NCBI GenBank assembly: GCA_036172245.1
Contig: JAYWIR010000053.1
Span: 868,001-932,000 of the forward strand
Reading direction: 5' to 3'
DNA from: Raillietiella orientalis
Lineage: Eukaryota
Length of the DNA: 64,000 nt
Position 1 is the stretch's first letter, and each line of letters begins with the position of its first letter. The notes under the pieces were generated by a model. The model was not told the origin of the DNA. It saw only the letters and a list, made by a program, of their open reading frames with translations, and did not search any database. Of the stretch, positions 13,001 through 26,615 are shown in pieces. The position numbers were made by a program, and so were the translations under genes.

Positions 13001-13385
13001 CCTCTTTTTTTCGGATTTTCCTTTTTTGGGGTTCGTCAAGTGCTGAAGAGCCGTTCACCTCCTTAGGAAGGGTGTGGTGAGGGGGAGAATCACGAATTGT
13101 TCACGCCACCCAAGTGCGTGTGACCGAAGGAGCACCCCGAAAGGCTCCCTGATTCCTGGAAGGACCTCGGAGGATAGACTTCCAATCCCAGCTTCTCAAC
13201 TCGGGGTCTTCCTGTTTCCGGCTTCCACTAGCGAGGCGCCCTCACAGACCAACCAAAGTCATCTTAGGGAAGGGGAGCTCGAAATCCACGAGGTCCCCCC
13301 CATTTCTCGAAGTCGATCCTTTCTTGAGTGGGATTTGAATCCCACATGTAGGGACTGCACGTGGCCCCCAACGCTAAGCAGTGGC
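13000..13385 (-). mobile_element. SINE-like element with the unit array deleted (head + core + tail)
   Basis: GGGATTCAAATCCC head, core tccgaggtccttccaggaatcagggagcc, tail cctaaggaggtgaacggctcttcagcact..ccccaaaaaaggaaaatccgaa. Confidence 0.7.
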
Positions 13386-13389
13386 TGAG

Positions 13390-14060
13390 TAATATGGATT
13401 TTCCATTTTTGTCTCTGTTTCCTTTGCAGTGGTTGCTACGTTCTTGAAATATATCAGGATGATTTGCATCTTCCCTCAATCGGGGATTCGCTTGATTCTG
13501 GGTGCTTCTAGGGAATGCATGGTTTCCCAGCTCCTGCTCGGAACCCTCTTCTTCACTTAATACTGCATCCAGCTCACATATCCAGACGACGGGGGGACAG
13601 AGAGCTTCATTCTGGATTCCTGGGTGAGGAATTCTTTCTGGTGTCCATGGAAACATCCTCTTTGGGGAATTTCTTTCTCGAATCACGGGAGAAAACCAGA
13701 GTGCTGTGAGAAGACATATTACGTCATCCTCCCCACGTGTTTAAAAGACGACATCTTAGCCTCTTCTTAAGGTTTCGCTCTCATCCAGCTTCTGGAGCGA
13801 GCAACAACACTCCTTCTCTCTGGCGTGCTTTCTACCAACCTGAAGAGCTTATCGAGCAGGGCCATAGTACCTTTCGTGCATTTACTGAAGGTGGAACGAC
13901 TCGAGTTTTCCTACCATCGGTCCCTTAAAGACTTTCTCTCGTGAGTCCATTCTTCTCGCTTCTCATCGCTGGTCAGCACCTGCGAACCCTTCGGGAAAGC
14001 GTGGTTTTTTGTCTCGCGAATCTCCAGCAACATCCGGTCGGGAGGATGGGGGCCTCGAAA
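13390..14060 (-). mobile_element. Decayed L1 linker fragment, paralogue of ~15400-15620
   Basis: Inverted nucleotide match (gaggatgacgtaat...caccagaaagaattcctcacc); LDAVLSEEE. Confidence 0.55.
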
Positions 14061-14449
14061 ATGCTGGCACAAAGAGTGAGGCTTTCTCTTGGACGCAGGC
14101 AAGAGAGAAGCGCGCACCATCCAGTCGGGGAGCAAAGAAGAACTCAACCTCGGCCGGACTAAGGTTGCCTCCCGTTTCTTGCCGGCGATTTCAACAAGGA
14201 GGGAACCCGCCGTGCTTTTCTTTCTGGGTTCCCTGATCTTTCGTGGCTTTGACTCCCCGTGGAAGACGTACGTGTTCCCCACCTCTGAGCTCTGAACGCA
14301 CCTTCGAGCAAACTCTAAAAGGTCAGAATTACGGTCCTCTTCGGTTGAGAGCCTTCCAGCAGAAGAGGAAGTCTGAGCGGAAAATCGATAGCCGTTGTAA
14401 GGATGGTTTATTGGCGCCACTTCCGAATCTGCACGACCGCCACTGCGTG

Positions 14450-17400
14450 AGCGATATCCAGAATGCCACTGCGTTATGTGTACCGATCACGGAACGTCCG
14501 GGGTTATGGAGATTTCAAGGGAACCTTCGGATGGCAGGGGAAGCCGCAGAGCAACGGCGTCCCCCCCCTCTCTCCTCCTGGAGGCGGGAAAAGCGCTTCG
14601 AACGAATCTGGCAGGCCGGAAGACTCACCGGGAAGCCGTGAGGAAGCGGAAACTGGAAGCGGCGGCGGAAGCATCCGGTGCAGAAGAGGATACGCCGCCT
14701 TGGAGAACTTCCTACGATGGCAGCCGCTCTGCGGAAGTGGTTTCCCGGCATCCCTCGGCGGAGCACCACCCGCGGTCCTTTCCTGCTCTGTCGAGAGCTC
14801 TTCCTGGAACCAGTAGGAAAACAAGCGAACAGGGCAGAAGAGGGCACGAACGGACGACGAACTTCCTCGAGAACTTCCGGATGCGTCCCTGAAAGTCCGG
14901 ACTCGCGCGCGCCGCGCTCTTGACCTGGCAGTTCCGCAGGACCGTGACATCACTCTGATGTTCGCTCCCGTGCCTCCGACAAAATGAAAAAAAAAAAAAA
15001 ATCTTTGCCGTCCACTTCTCCGGGCCGAGACCAGCACGTATGCACACCGTGGCTGGGCAGTCGGCGGCCCGACGGGCGAGCGTTCTTGAACGCCTCCATC
15101 GAAGAGGGCAGGTGTCGCAGATTAATCGTAGAGTTGTGCTTTCCCTCAGAGTTCCTCTCAGCGCTCGCCACAGAATAATAACTCCGTGACAATCGGGTTT
15201 AATGACCTCCATGGAAACGCCAGGCTCCCTTCTCGGAATTGCCCAGCTGTGTTTCCATGCCGAAGGGAAACCCTGTATGATGGCGTGACAGCTCCTGTGG
15301 GGACACGCGACGGATCTGACGGGAAGAATTCCCGATGCCGGAGAGGGAGCAGAGCTTGAGATGTGGGTTGGAACGGGTATCCGGGCAGCGCAACTTTTTG
15401 ACATGCATGCAGCTTCTGGTCGAGCGCGTTCATATCAGCTTAGGAAGAGACCTTGGCACCTTAGGAAGAGAGGCCAGCATGTCCTCCCTTACACATGTGG
15501 GGAGGATGACGTAATCAGCGCCGTGCTTTTCTCCTGTGATTCGGGAAAACAATGCTCCCGAGCAGGATGTTTCTTTAGGCACCAGAAAGAATTCCTCACC
15601 AGGTAACCCCGAATGAAGTTGTTCGTCCCTCCGTCTTCTGGATATGTCAGCTGAAGTCGAGTGTGTAGCCACTCTTGAAAACACGGCTCGCCCAGCTGGC
15701 AACGCGGCTATTCCAAAAGCAGCGGGTTCTGAAAAGGATGAAAGCAAAGAGGCAACAACAAACGGAAGAGTTTCACCCTCTGACTCCGGGGAGTTTGTTT
15801 CATAAAATAAGCAAACGAACAGGCAAGTTGAGAAGAAGGAGGCTCCCGAGACGAAGCTGAAAACAAAAGGACCCACCGACACGCAGGTCCAGAATTTGAA
15901 AAGTCTGGAACAGGAGGAAAGGGAGAGGAAATGAAAAAAGAAATGTGAAGGCTGGATGCCAAGGTCTTCGGTGTGCTTCATTCCTTCTTGAAAAACCGGA
16001 ACAAGTCCGGAACGAGTGGAATGGGGTAAATTAAAAAAAATGGAGGCTGAGGACAGGAGTCACCGGTGATGGCCGTTCCTTCTTTCTAGAGCTACCGCTG
16101 GATGCCGTCGATCTCCTTTCTTACCTCTAGGTGAGGCCACATGGAGGCCGTCCTCTGGACGGCAGCCATTCTGGCGGCCCCCTTCGCTGCGCTCGAAACT
16201 CCAACAATTGGCGGGCAGCTACGATGGCGCGGAGTCACAGCGACTGCCGTGACTCCATCTCTCTCCAAGAATCGACGCAGCAAGGCCATGGAATTGTCCA
16301 CGGAGTGCAAGGCACCAGCCTCAGACTCTGGAGCCGCAGTCCCAGCAGCAGACGCGGGAACGATTCGATCGTCTCGCACCTGGAACATTTAGTGGGACGC
16401 GACTCCCCCGGGAACGAGGTTCCTACGCTGGCTGCCCTCGAGAGCCCGATGCAAAAATAGAGGGACATTTTTTGGTTTCCACTTTCAGGGGAACACGGAA
16501 GTGTTCACGCGCAGGAGTGGCACAGGACACGCTGAACAGCTCGCTCCACCGAAGCAGTCTCTCAGCAAAAGGACAAACGGGAGTCTTCCGCTGTGAGGGG
16601 AAGGCCACCACCAAGGAAGTTAAGAGCGGGTTCATTTCACACGGATGCGGAATCGCGTCCGCAAAACACGATGGACACATCTCCAGCTACGAAGATGCAG
16701 GCACGAGGTGCGTTTCATTCGAACCACAAAATCTCGAGGCCTTTTAGCCAAATCTCCTATGTTTTGTTTTTTTCTTTCGTCCGTTTCCGCTTGCAGTTCA
16801 TTTCAGAAGCATTCCGATGGGAAAATCCGCTCGATACTGGTGGAAGATTAGATACAGCAGGGGAAAAACCTATGTGTACCTTCAAGGAACAGCTTGACCG
16901 ATGAGTGGACGGACGGAAAGAGTGGCAGTATAGCGCCTAGAGCTCGTTTTTTAGAGAAGTGGAGATTCATTTCTGTTTCATTGACTACTGGGGCTCACTG
17001 ACTCTGTGTACACGCCAGGAGCCCGGAGTACACTTCAAGCGGTCGCGCGTTCTTCCTTCCTGTCATCCGGTGGCATGACATCGCAAGGCAGCGGTCTATC
17101 CTTCCGGAACATTCCGTTTGCCACTGAGCCGTTGCGTCCGCAAGTTCCTTCCTCATGGGTGTTGTACTTTCACAGGACAGCATCTCCCACATTCATTAAT
17201 GATGAGTCTTGAGCAAATAGTCGTTCTTCACAACTCGTGACTGGTTCAGGTTCCGTCAATAAAACAATATAACACGGAACGTTTCCATCCTGAAAAGTAC
17301 ACGGACAAACGTTGCATCTTGCGCTCTTGTGTTCGGCGTCCACATGCGCATACGTTCCCGACCTCCGTGCGCTTCAACTCCTGGAAGAAACCATCTCGTG

Positions 17401-17700
17401 GAGAGAAAGAAGAAACAACGATGGGAATCCGGGCACAGCAATCAAGCAGACGTCTGTCAATGTCCCGTTTCCTCCACGGCGGTCTCTATGATCCTGCAGC
17501 AACATTCGGAAACCGCCATGCCGTCAACGACACCAGAAACTTCTCTCCAGGAAAGAGGTAGGGGGGAAAAAAGTGGAGGGGGCATGTTTTGCTCACATGA
17601 AACAACTTCGGGCGAGGATAAACACCGTCGTTTTCCGGGAGCGAACAAACACGGGCCCGAAAGCGCCATCTTGGAAAATTTCGGGATCGAGCGATGCTAT
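14450..17700 (+). mobile_element. Decayed L1 ORF2 (EN to RT/thumb)
   Basis: RNVRGYGD at ~14490, SVLER, NNWRAATM at ~16203, WTHLQL at ~16672 in order. Confidence 0.55.
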
Positions 17701-18149
17701 CCAGAAGCTGCAGATGAGCGCGTTCATCTCAGTTGAGTTCTTGCAGCGAGGCGCACGCCGCCCCTACGCGAACTGGGCGTGCAACTGCTGCTGCAGCCCA
17801 GCAAACGGAAGCCGAGAGCTTCCCGGAAAACCGTAAGTTCGGGGAAAGGAAGACGGCGGAGGAGAAGACTTGGAGATGGACGGTCGAACTTCGGCGGTCC
17901 TCAGCACCGGTTACGCTTTCGGCATTCTGAAATTCTGAAAATCCGGCGCTCGCCTGAGGGAATCGGTAACCCCAGCATCTCGGCTCCCGGAGAGGAGGAA
18001 ACCTCAATTCCTGAGGAATTCCCCGCGAGAAAAGCGGAGATGAGACGAGAACTCCCTCCGGAACATGGGGAACTCGAGGGAGCGCGTTGTCGCGCTCAGG
18101 GGTGCCGGGGCTGAGTTTCCATCCGTATCGGATAGATGGCGCCTTTCGA

Positions 18150-18490
18150 AAGTCCCCTGACACAGAGTAGTGAGTTTTGTTTCTGCTTCCACTAGATAGA
18201 CAACACTTTTAAATAATGCATTGCATTTCATCCACTTGTGAGTCAACAAAATTCCTGACATTTTCTTGAGCATCCTTGAGCTTTCTTTGTTCGTAATTTT
18301 TGTTTTTTCCAGGAGAATATTGTAAGTTTATCTGAGAATAAATGACCTGATTCTGAGAGGAATTCCAGTTGCACGGAAGAATGAATTTTATTTACATGAT
18401 CAGGCTCTGGGGATGAATTAAGCAACGCACTGTCATTAATCGGACTATAATTAATAACATCCTCGTTCGGAAACGAACCCTGAATCACCG
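18150..18490 (-). mobile_element. AT-rich L1 RT fragment (domains 1-3)
   Basis: INYSPIN..LLN, IHSSVQLEFL..FSDKL, MLKKMSG..KWMK. Confidence 0.55.
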
Positions 18491-19599
18491 TCTTGAGCGA
18501 GGCGACATTTCTTTAGGACACCCCGTTTAGGGGAAAGAGGAGGCGCTTGGCTTTCAGAAGGTTGCCGAAAAAACACCTCTGCCCCTTGCAGCACCAGCGA
18601 ACTTCATCCGGCTCTTCCGCATTCCACTGCACTTTCTGTTCACTCTCGTTCACTCTGGTCAACTCGAGGATGGTTCTCGCCGACTGTTCGTCGAACAGTG
18701 TACAGTGTACTTAGTGAATGCAGTCACTTTGTTGTCTGAATATGTGTGTACATGCATGGCACCAGAGGGAAACCTACTAAAATCCACATTCTGTTTATTT
18801 ACTTCCTTTGATATTTTTTAAAAAAAAGCCTTTTTTTTTTTTTCATTTTCGTTCTCTGAAGTTGTTTCCTAGAAACCGCTTTTATTCTTTCCAAGGAAGC
18901 CCACTTATCTCAAATCTCATCTCTCCATATCATGATTTATCACTCTTGGATTCAACCATTCTAGAAATCATTACCTGAATCATTATTACAATCATTATTG
19001 TTGATGAAGAATCAGGTAGACAGCTCTTCGCCCAGAATAGCAGAGAAGTCACCCTCTGTATGGCCGCCAGCCGCTTCCGGATGCAAGCTCTTCGTGCACC
19101 TAAGAGAAGCTGGGACCACAATCTAGAGGAGTCTGGGACCACACTCCGGACACCTATTTCATGTCCTGACTCGGAGGATGAGACCCCTCGCATTCTCGAG
19201 GGTCCAGTGATGGACACCTGAGACGCCTTCTGCGCTGCGTGGCGGGGACGGGAGAAACCCCGCCTGCTCGACTCTGCTCTGAGATTGGACAGAGCTGATG
19301 ACGGTGGCAGGCCAGCAGACGAACTGCATGGCAGTTCTGACGGGATTTTCCTGAAAGAGACGTCCCGTCAGAGAGCCTTCTTCATCCCAAGCACTTTGGC
19401 AAGAAGGTGGAAGCTACGGAAAGCAGGAAGAACTGTGTCCGTCACAGGATTTTTCAAAGGAGTCATTCGATAGGAGATTTGCTTTAGGGACCCGGGTCGA
19501 ACCCCAGAATGGACGTCTCCCTGCAACTTGAGAAAGATTGAAGAAAATTCCTCGGTGAACGGAACGCCCAAAACACCTTGGTGACTCTGCACACAATGC

Positions 19600-20395
19600 A
19601 ACAAAGTGGACATGGCGATGGCCTTTCCAGATGGAAGGTATCCTGCGAGATCACAGGAAGAAAGAAACAGCTGGGACGCTGAACGGCTCGTCAACTGGCT
19701 GATGCATGTACCTCCTCCTCCCTTCTCAAGGAAAGTCTTCACTGGGCGGAGCTTCTGGACATTCCCCTGGAAGAGGTACAGACTGCCCCAGTGCTTGTGG
19801 ACTGCTCCACGCTTCCCCTGATGTGATAGGACTCTGCATTGCAGCTGCTTTGCTGGGCGATCCCATGCAAAGCACGAGTCCACCTCTGGACGAGGGGCAG
19901 CGCAGCCCCGGACTGTGCCAGGTGCGCGTAATGGAAAACCTTCCCGCACCTCTTGTCGGGCTATGTTGCCCTCCTGCGTGTCCCGGAACGCTTCGTTGTG
20001 GCCCCGCTGCTCCCGACGGATAAGAGCAGAAAAGTCTTGCGGCGCCTCTTCGCTCGCGACTCGACGTCGCCTGCAGTGTCCCTTGCAGTTCCGTGCTGCC
20101 TCCGTGGGGTTGCGGCAGCAAAACGCCGCGCCGAAAGAGGCCAGTCGAACGGTGACGTCATCGCAATCGTTCTCTCCTTCCTGAGGAAGGCGACAAGATG
20201 GTCACTTTTTTGCCAGCGAAACGAGGAATTTGCCAACATCCCCCAGGAGCCTCCCACGAGAAGCAGCTCCTGTTAGGTGGCACTTCCCTTCGTAGTGTGC
20301 TGTGAAACCACCACGAAGGAAGACATCTGTATACCAAAGATGGCTTTTTCTGGTGTGTAAATATTTTTTACAATAAACGCCCAGCGTTACCGAGT
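19600..20395 (+). mobile_element. LINE 3' fragment (zf-RVT, C-terminus, 3' end), lineage B derivative
   Basis: AIPCKARVHLW..DCARCA*WKTFPHLL; AATAAA at 20372; highly similar to the 4.5-5.3 kb and 32.5-33.0 kb copies. Confidence 0.85.
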
Positions 20396-20949
20396 GAAAC
20401 ACAAACCCTGGTGACCGGGATGCAGAGACCCAGTGACCAAACTAGAGCTCGACTTGGAACAGTGACACGCAGTGCAATGGAACGCAGTGCATCCGGAAAA
20501 GCATCGGCTTCCAGGCAGGCGGATGAATGCATCTTCTCGCCTTTTCATCTAACACCGTTTCTCCATCTTTCGGCATCCTTTTCACCGGCTTGCGGGATCT
20601 CTATGGACGCCTCGTGCCTCTCCCTTGCTGCCGGACTGGTTCGAATCTTTCATCAGCTGCCAACCGCGTGTTCCAGGCTCCCTCTTGCTTGGGATCTTCC
20701 CAAAATTCCCGGTATACCCCCCTTCGATGAGTCGTTCGTTCCAAGACGCCAACGCTCAACTTTTCCAGTGCTGGCACCTCCAACAGAGCTGCCTCATTCG
20801 GAGATTTCGCCTCCACGGTATGAGCATTCGGATGTTCACTCTGAAACAAGCGAGATCAGTCAACGTCCGCGAAGAACATGCCGAAACGGTCCAGATCCTA
20901 TTAAATCCACATCCCGAGACATCCATCTGAAATAACTGGAAACAACAAC

Positions 20950-21110
20950 GAAAAACGATCAGACATCTGCCAGTCAGGGATGAAAAGGTCCGAACATCTG
21001 CGGAAAGCTGACCAGAGAGGAAGGAAAACCGAAGAACGGGTGAATAAGGAAATGCGTACAGGTGGGATGCGCCGATCTTGTGATGGCGAACGTTATTTTA
21101 GGGGATGTGG
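20950..21110 (+). repeat. Dispersed repeat, paralogue of 23735-23920
   Basis: atcagacatctgccagtcagggatgaaaaggt vs atcaggcatctgccggcccgagatgaaagggt, with similarity continuing downstream. Confidence 0.6.
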
Positions 21111-21149
21111 AGTGAAACCGGGAGGATAAAAGGGGAGAAATCAGGCGTT

Positions 21150-23600
21150 ACCACCAGAGCGACGCGATTCTCCCTGCGGCACTCTTCACTTCCACCCTTC
21201 CAGTTCGATCACTCCTCCGCACTGCTCGTGGAGGGCACTATTCTTGGTCGTAGAGCATCCCTTGGATGTGCTTTCCAAAGAGACATGTTTGGCGCGGAAC
21301 GTTTCTATGGAGTTCCTGGAGCGCCATCATCAAAATGGCGGCGTGCTGCTAGGGAAGAGGAAAGCTAGTGGGTATCTGTCAGGAAACCTGCGAATAGAAT
21401 ATTGAAATATCCGGGCGAAGACGTATCACTGCGTCTTCCGCTTTTTCTTCCCACCACGCTCAGCTCGGTGCATCACAGAGGCGGATGCATCGCAGTCTCG
21501 CTGGGTCAGGCAGCAGCGGTTCGTCAGGCGTTAACAGCTGCGTGCCTCCTCCCTCTTCCGCGAAAGGATGTTCACATTGTGGTTTGGCACCCCTGATGCG
21601 TAGGAAAACTTGCAGTTGCTTCAGAGAATGCAAAGTCGGCGCAGTGGAAGGGAAGTCGAGAAAACTCTGTGCTGAGAGGATTTCTCTTCCAGATGATTTC
21701 TCGTCCCTCTCCGAGCTGTGCATGTGGCTGCTCTCAGCAAGAATTCAAGGACTCGGCGCCAAAGGTTTGGGCTCTTTGGGAGGGCTTCCGGAAAAAAAGG
21801 GACCTTCCCTACCCTTCTTCGGACCTTAAACGGAAAGTGGAAGTGCTATACTTTTGCCTTCTCCCTTGTGACCACCTGACTTCATTCATCTCTTTGCCAC
21901 CCCCCATAACTCTTCTACCGATGTGTGTAGATAATTTGAAAACTTCAGTAGATAAGGATCGATCTTGCGGACGCCGTCCACCTCGGTCAGCTCCCTTTGG
22001 CCGCAGCTCCGTCCGAGGAAGCCTACGCCGTACTCCAAGAAGCGGATTCGATTCCAGACAGCGTATTCCCAGCTGGAGCACTCGGTCTCCCGGCAGATAG
22101 TCCCAGCAGAGGTCTCCTGGTAGTCCTTGCTGTTTTCACCTCTTCCAGATCACTTCTTTAGAGCTGCTTGAAGCAATCCTGAAGAGGATTCGACCTGTTT
22201 TCGTCTTTGCATGCCTTCCCCGAAGGCACGCAAGGACCAAAACCTGCTGCATCAGCGCACCAACAACAGAGCATGGCTGTTCTTCCTCTCATCTAAGGAA
22301 GTCTGTCTGACTCTCGTCTCCCAGTGATCTGTAATCCTTCCTGGAGAATCCTTCTCAGTCTCGCAGCATCTTTTTTGCGAGACTGTGAGCACGGAGCTCT
22401 TGGAAACACTCCATCTAAGCAAGGCACGCTTGGCAGAAGAACTCGGAAACCTTGGATTTTCGGAACTGCAAGAAAGTCCAGATGAGTTCTGATCGAGATA
22501 GGACACGAAGGAAAGCGCAGTCGGGAAAAAAAAAGTGAACACTTCCGGAGGAGGAAGGTCCTTCCACTCCTCCCACGGACATATGATGGTGCAAAGCTGC
22601 AAGAATGTACCGTACAGTTAGCACTGCGGACATCGGAGCGCATGATCACCCGCGCAACTGGACCGCCCACGTAAAACCCAGCATTTCCAGCGTGTTTTGC
22701 TCTCTCTGGAGGCTGTGTATCATTGGAAAATGCGTTTCGGCTGCTAGATGAGCCGTGCGGGTGCGGTGGCTGCGAAAAAACCATGGTTCTACGATTACCC
22801 GTCGTCATGGATTCATCATGCGATCGTCGGCCATAAACGGTGGCGCTCATTACGTTGGGAAAAACGATCGAGAATCACGTAGACCGTCATCCACACCTCA
22901 TTTGTCTTTCTTCATTTTCTTCCCTTTTTCTCGTATGCAGTCATTCAACTTGAAGGTGTCGTCTCCTTGGCAGCAGGCAAGAAGGCCACTCTTCTAGTGA
23001 AAGGACGGGTCCACAGGGTTCGCACCGGAGGCGCTGAAAAGAGAAATCAGCAACCACGTTCGTTGGGAACGAAGGTTCCACGCTCGCCGGGGGTCCTAAG
23101 GTGCTGCTCTCTGGAAAGCTGTTTCTGTAGATTCCCTGAAGATGAGGAGTTTGACGGACGAGCAGGAGATCAGATACTCAAAAATCCGTCTTACGGGATC
23201 ACGAGATGGACCAGAGGGGAGAGGAGGAAAAGTGAAAACAAACGAGAAGAGTCATCCTCCTGCTTTTTCTTCTCACCAAGGTCAGTGGCGTTGAATCCCA
23301 TTATGAACGACTTTATGGTCCTCCATCTTCTTGAGAGGAACGTGATGCCTGACGGAAGGAGGGAGGTTGGGGCACGGAGATCCATGCCTTCGATCTCAGG
23401 AGCAAGGCTTCCTCCAGACGTGGACCAGCTGGGTGATTCCTGCTCCAAAGGCCCCTGAAAATGACCGGTGCTGATCCGCTCGCAGCAGAAGACACGCGTT
23501 GCAGCCATCTCTCCCGAAGCCTTCGTCCAGCATCGCTTCCTAAGCCTGAACTGAAGGCAGGAGCGGTTCCTGACCCCCGCATAGCTCCTGTGGCTGTAGA
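21150..23600 (+). mobile_element. Decayed L1 (ORF1, EN, linker)
   Basis: WVSVRKP, CSHCG, VILPGESFSV, RWTRGE..SSCFFF; weak and multi-frame. Confidence 0.35.
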
Positions 23601-23734
23601 AGAGGGAACGTGAGAATCAAAGGTGAGCGCAAACCACTCTTCAAATTCCTCATCATGGGGAAATAAATGGCGACTGACTTTCGCACCCCAGATTGCCGGG
23701 TCACCTGTTTAAAACGAATGAATAAAAGAGAATG

Positions 23735-23920
23735 CAGTAATCAGGCATCTGCCGGCCCGAGATGAAAGGGTACTAACTTAGCTGGAGATCGGACCGTGGA
23801 GGCAGTAATGGAAGGGGCGGACGGAACGAGAAATAAATAGGCAAATAGGGGTGGGATAAACCAGTCTCACAGCGGTGATAGCGACTACTGAGGTAGGGAC
23901 GGGGGAAATGGGATGATGTT
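23735..23920 (+). repeat. Dispersed repeat, paralogue of 20950-21110
   Basis: Direct-orientation match ~2.8 kb from its partner. Confidence 0.6.
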
Positions 23921-24699
23921 GTTCTGGTCACTTCGTTTTTGCTGCCACCCCGGGGTGAGGGTCCATTCCCTCACTTCCCCAAATCTTCATCAGCTGCGCA
24001 ACAAAGTGCGGCTCACTCAGCAAGGGACTCCTCAGCTGGAGAGGGCACGCGCCAACCGAGTCGGTTGTCCATGATTGTGCTTTCGAGACCATGATATGGC
24101 CTGAGAGGTCATGGACTCGAAAATCGCGCCTCAGCTGGTGCTGCAGATCGAGAACGGAGTCATCACAGTGGACGCCTCTGGTGCGAACACGGGGTCGCAG
24201 GACCCCTGAAAGCATCGGAGCGGAATTTGAACTCGAGGCGCGAGCGGAGGCCGGACGGACGCGTAGACTCGGAGAGGGGAAAACCCGAGGCATTTTTTTT
24301 TCCCCTGTCTCTCGATCGACCCTCGGATTCGCGTGTTCGAGGGCGAGCACGGGCTCTTGTGAGGCACGGAGTGGTCACCTCTGAAAGAGAGTGGAAAGTT
24401 TTGCTTTTTTTTCTTCTTTCCTCTTTCTTTCGTCTGCTTCTTTGTCTCTTGCATCTGGAGTGTGTGTTCATGTGCATGTGGCTTGCGCCAGCGCTTCCGG
24501 CTCAGCTTCTCTCACTGCCGAGCCGCGATGGGTCCATCCCAGATCGTAACGTCGCTGCCTCTGTGAAACCCTTCTTCTCTTCCCTCCTTTTGGTCTCCCT
24601 CCTCCCTTGGAGACCGTACCTGTTCTTCGGATGCGCTATGTTGGCGCCGGTTCTTTCCCCAGCCGAGTGTCATTTCCTTCCTTGACCATCCGCCAGGAT

Positions 24700-25900
24700 C
24701 GCTTAGAAGAGCTGACGTGTTGTCATCGGGGTCTCAACCCTCTGCAGAAAAGATCTCGACTCGGTGTCCGCTATCTCTTTCCTGGACCATTCCTGCTCTG
24801 CCGACAAGGCAGAGACCGAGATAAAGGGATCGCAGGGCTGGCTTCCCCTGCGATCTCTTTATCTCGCTCTCTACCATTTGAGACTGCAGCGGCAACAAAT
24901 GCTCTTCCAGGATTTCTTCCAGGATCTCTCGAGGAAAGGAAACCCGCGTGACTTTCCAGGACCCTCTCTGAGGAGGTGGAGAGATCTCTTTCTCATGCTC
25001 CAGTTTACGCAGAAAGAGGCTGATGATTCCAGGAGCAAGTGCCGGTGCACTTCTGGCTGCCGCTGCGGCACCAATTGCGCGTGCGCAACAACGGCAGTGC
25101 CCACTCTTCGTACGAGGAGTGGGCGGCATGTCTTCTTCTGCATGCTTGGCGAGAGACTGGGCTTCTCTACCACCATCTGTGAGGTCCACGCAGTCCACGC
25201 TCTCAACCTGACCCTCCGCCAGAGTACCCAGCGGGGACTCTTCAGGGCCTTCAGGCGAGCCGAGCGGAGGACTTCCGCACCCTGCAACGGACTTCTTCCA
25301 CGCTGTCTTCCTGCTCCACCTGATGCCTCCGCCCATCGGGGATGGAGGCGTTCAGCGGTAGGGAACAGCGGAAAAAACAGCGCTAGCGCAGCCAGGCTCG
25401 AGTCGCGCCTGCAAGCAGGCGAGGAGAGGGAGAGGAGGTGGAGGAAAGTCTTCTTCTTTTGGTGAAGCAGCGACCGGGTGGCGTCTTCCAGGAGGCGGCG
25501 CAGAGTCCATCACCACCCAACGTGACCACTGGTGCCTCTTCCAGCGGTGGCGCATCCAACCCTCGCGAGGTAGCGTCGATCAAACCCACCTGCGGTCTCG
25601 AACGGCCTCTTTGCCTCAGCAGCCACTCCATTGCCGACGGGTTCACTTTCCCAGGGCAGCGGAGCGCCTCGCCTCCGGAAGCGCGTTCCTGCCAGCCGGA
25701 GAGTGGGTGTTCCGGCGACCCGGGAAACTTGTGTCTGGCACAGCCTGGAGCAGTCCGCAAGGCGGCTGTGCGTCTCGGCGGCTCCATATGCACCCACGTC
25801 GAGATGCTCAGCTGGAAGAGCGGTTTTCATGCAAACCGGCGCACAGACGAAATCCAAATCATGTGAAGTACCAAGTGTCATCATCTCTTAATCCTCCCTA
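24700..25900 (+). mobile_element. Decayed L1 ORF1-like remnant
   Basis: ORF 24764-25465 has DUF4283-like FLMLQFTQKEADD, MLGERLG, LPRC. Confidence 0.35.
24817..24866. repeat. Inverted repeat, 21-bp arms (one G-T pair), 8-nt loop
   Basis: cgagataaagggatcgcaggg-ctggcttc-ccctgcgatctctttatctcg. Confidence 0.97.
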
Positions 25901-26459
25901 GGAGGAGGATAATTCCAGGCACAGAAGGAGAGATCAACAAATGCGCCCCTTGTGGCGCTGCGTGCCCTTCTGGCAGGTATAGCGAACCTTCCCGCGTTTT
26001 AGACGCTGGCGCTTTCCAAGGCGCCATCTCTACCAGCGACTGACTATCCGCGCTGGGGATAGTGTGCGGCCCGGAAACCTGAACGATCAAAATCACGGAT
26101 GCCAAAGTCCTGGAAGATCACCAAAGATAAACACATAAGCAAACTCATTCCTGAGCTGATACATCGTGGTGGAAGGCGTTCTCCCACTAACCCCGTTCCT
26201 GCTAACCTCGGAAAGTCAGGTCCACAGAGATCGAGATACGGGAAAAGCTGGCAGCGGCCATTTCCTTCCTTTGAACGCAGCATCCGCTGATTTCCAAAAC
26301 GTACTGTGGGTCAGAAACGTGACCCGTTTGGCTTGAAAACAACACCGCAAAAATTTCTCGATGTTTCATAAGAATTTTCGGCAGGAATTCGTCGGACACA
26401 GACCATTCTGGAACACTTGCTGATATCCGCACAGAACATCCCTACCAAGCGTAAGTGGA

Positions 26460-26615
26460 ACACGATCTCCTTCCTCCGGAACCTTCCTGGATTCATGGGA
26501 TGGTCCCTCCAGAGTTATCCCCTAACTGAAAGAGTTATACGCTCTCCCGGGTATCGTGGACGCTGCTGAAAGGGCTTTTTGAGCCCCTCTAAGGAGGCGA
26601 GAGGTTCTTCAGCAC
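26460..26615 (+). mobile_element. 5'-truncated SINE-like element (tail only)
   Basis: Close match to 1733-1884. Confidence 0.8.

Noticed and set aside
17950..18130. Additional minus-strand SINE copy (also a head-like stretch at ~21990-22060)
   Set aside because: Similarity too weak to call by eye
24880..24945. F-box (FPREILEEIL) or Tc1 (ILEEHLLP) motif on the minus strand
   Set aside because: Partly produced by a short tandem duplication (tcttccaggat x2); no supporting domain context
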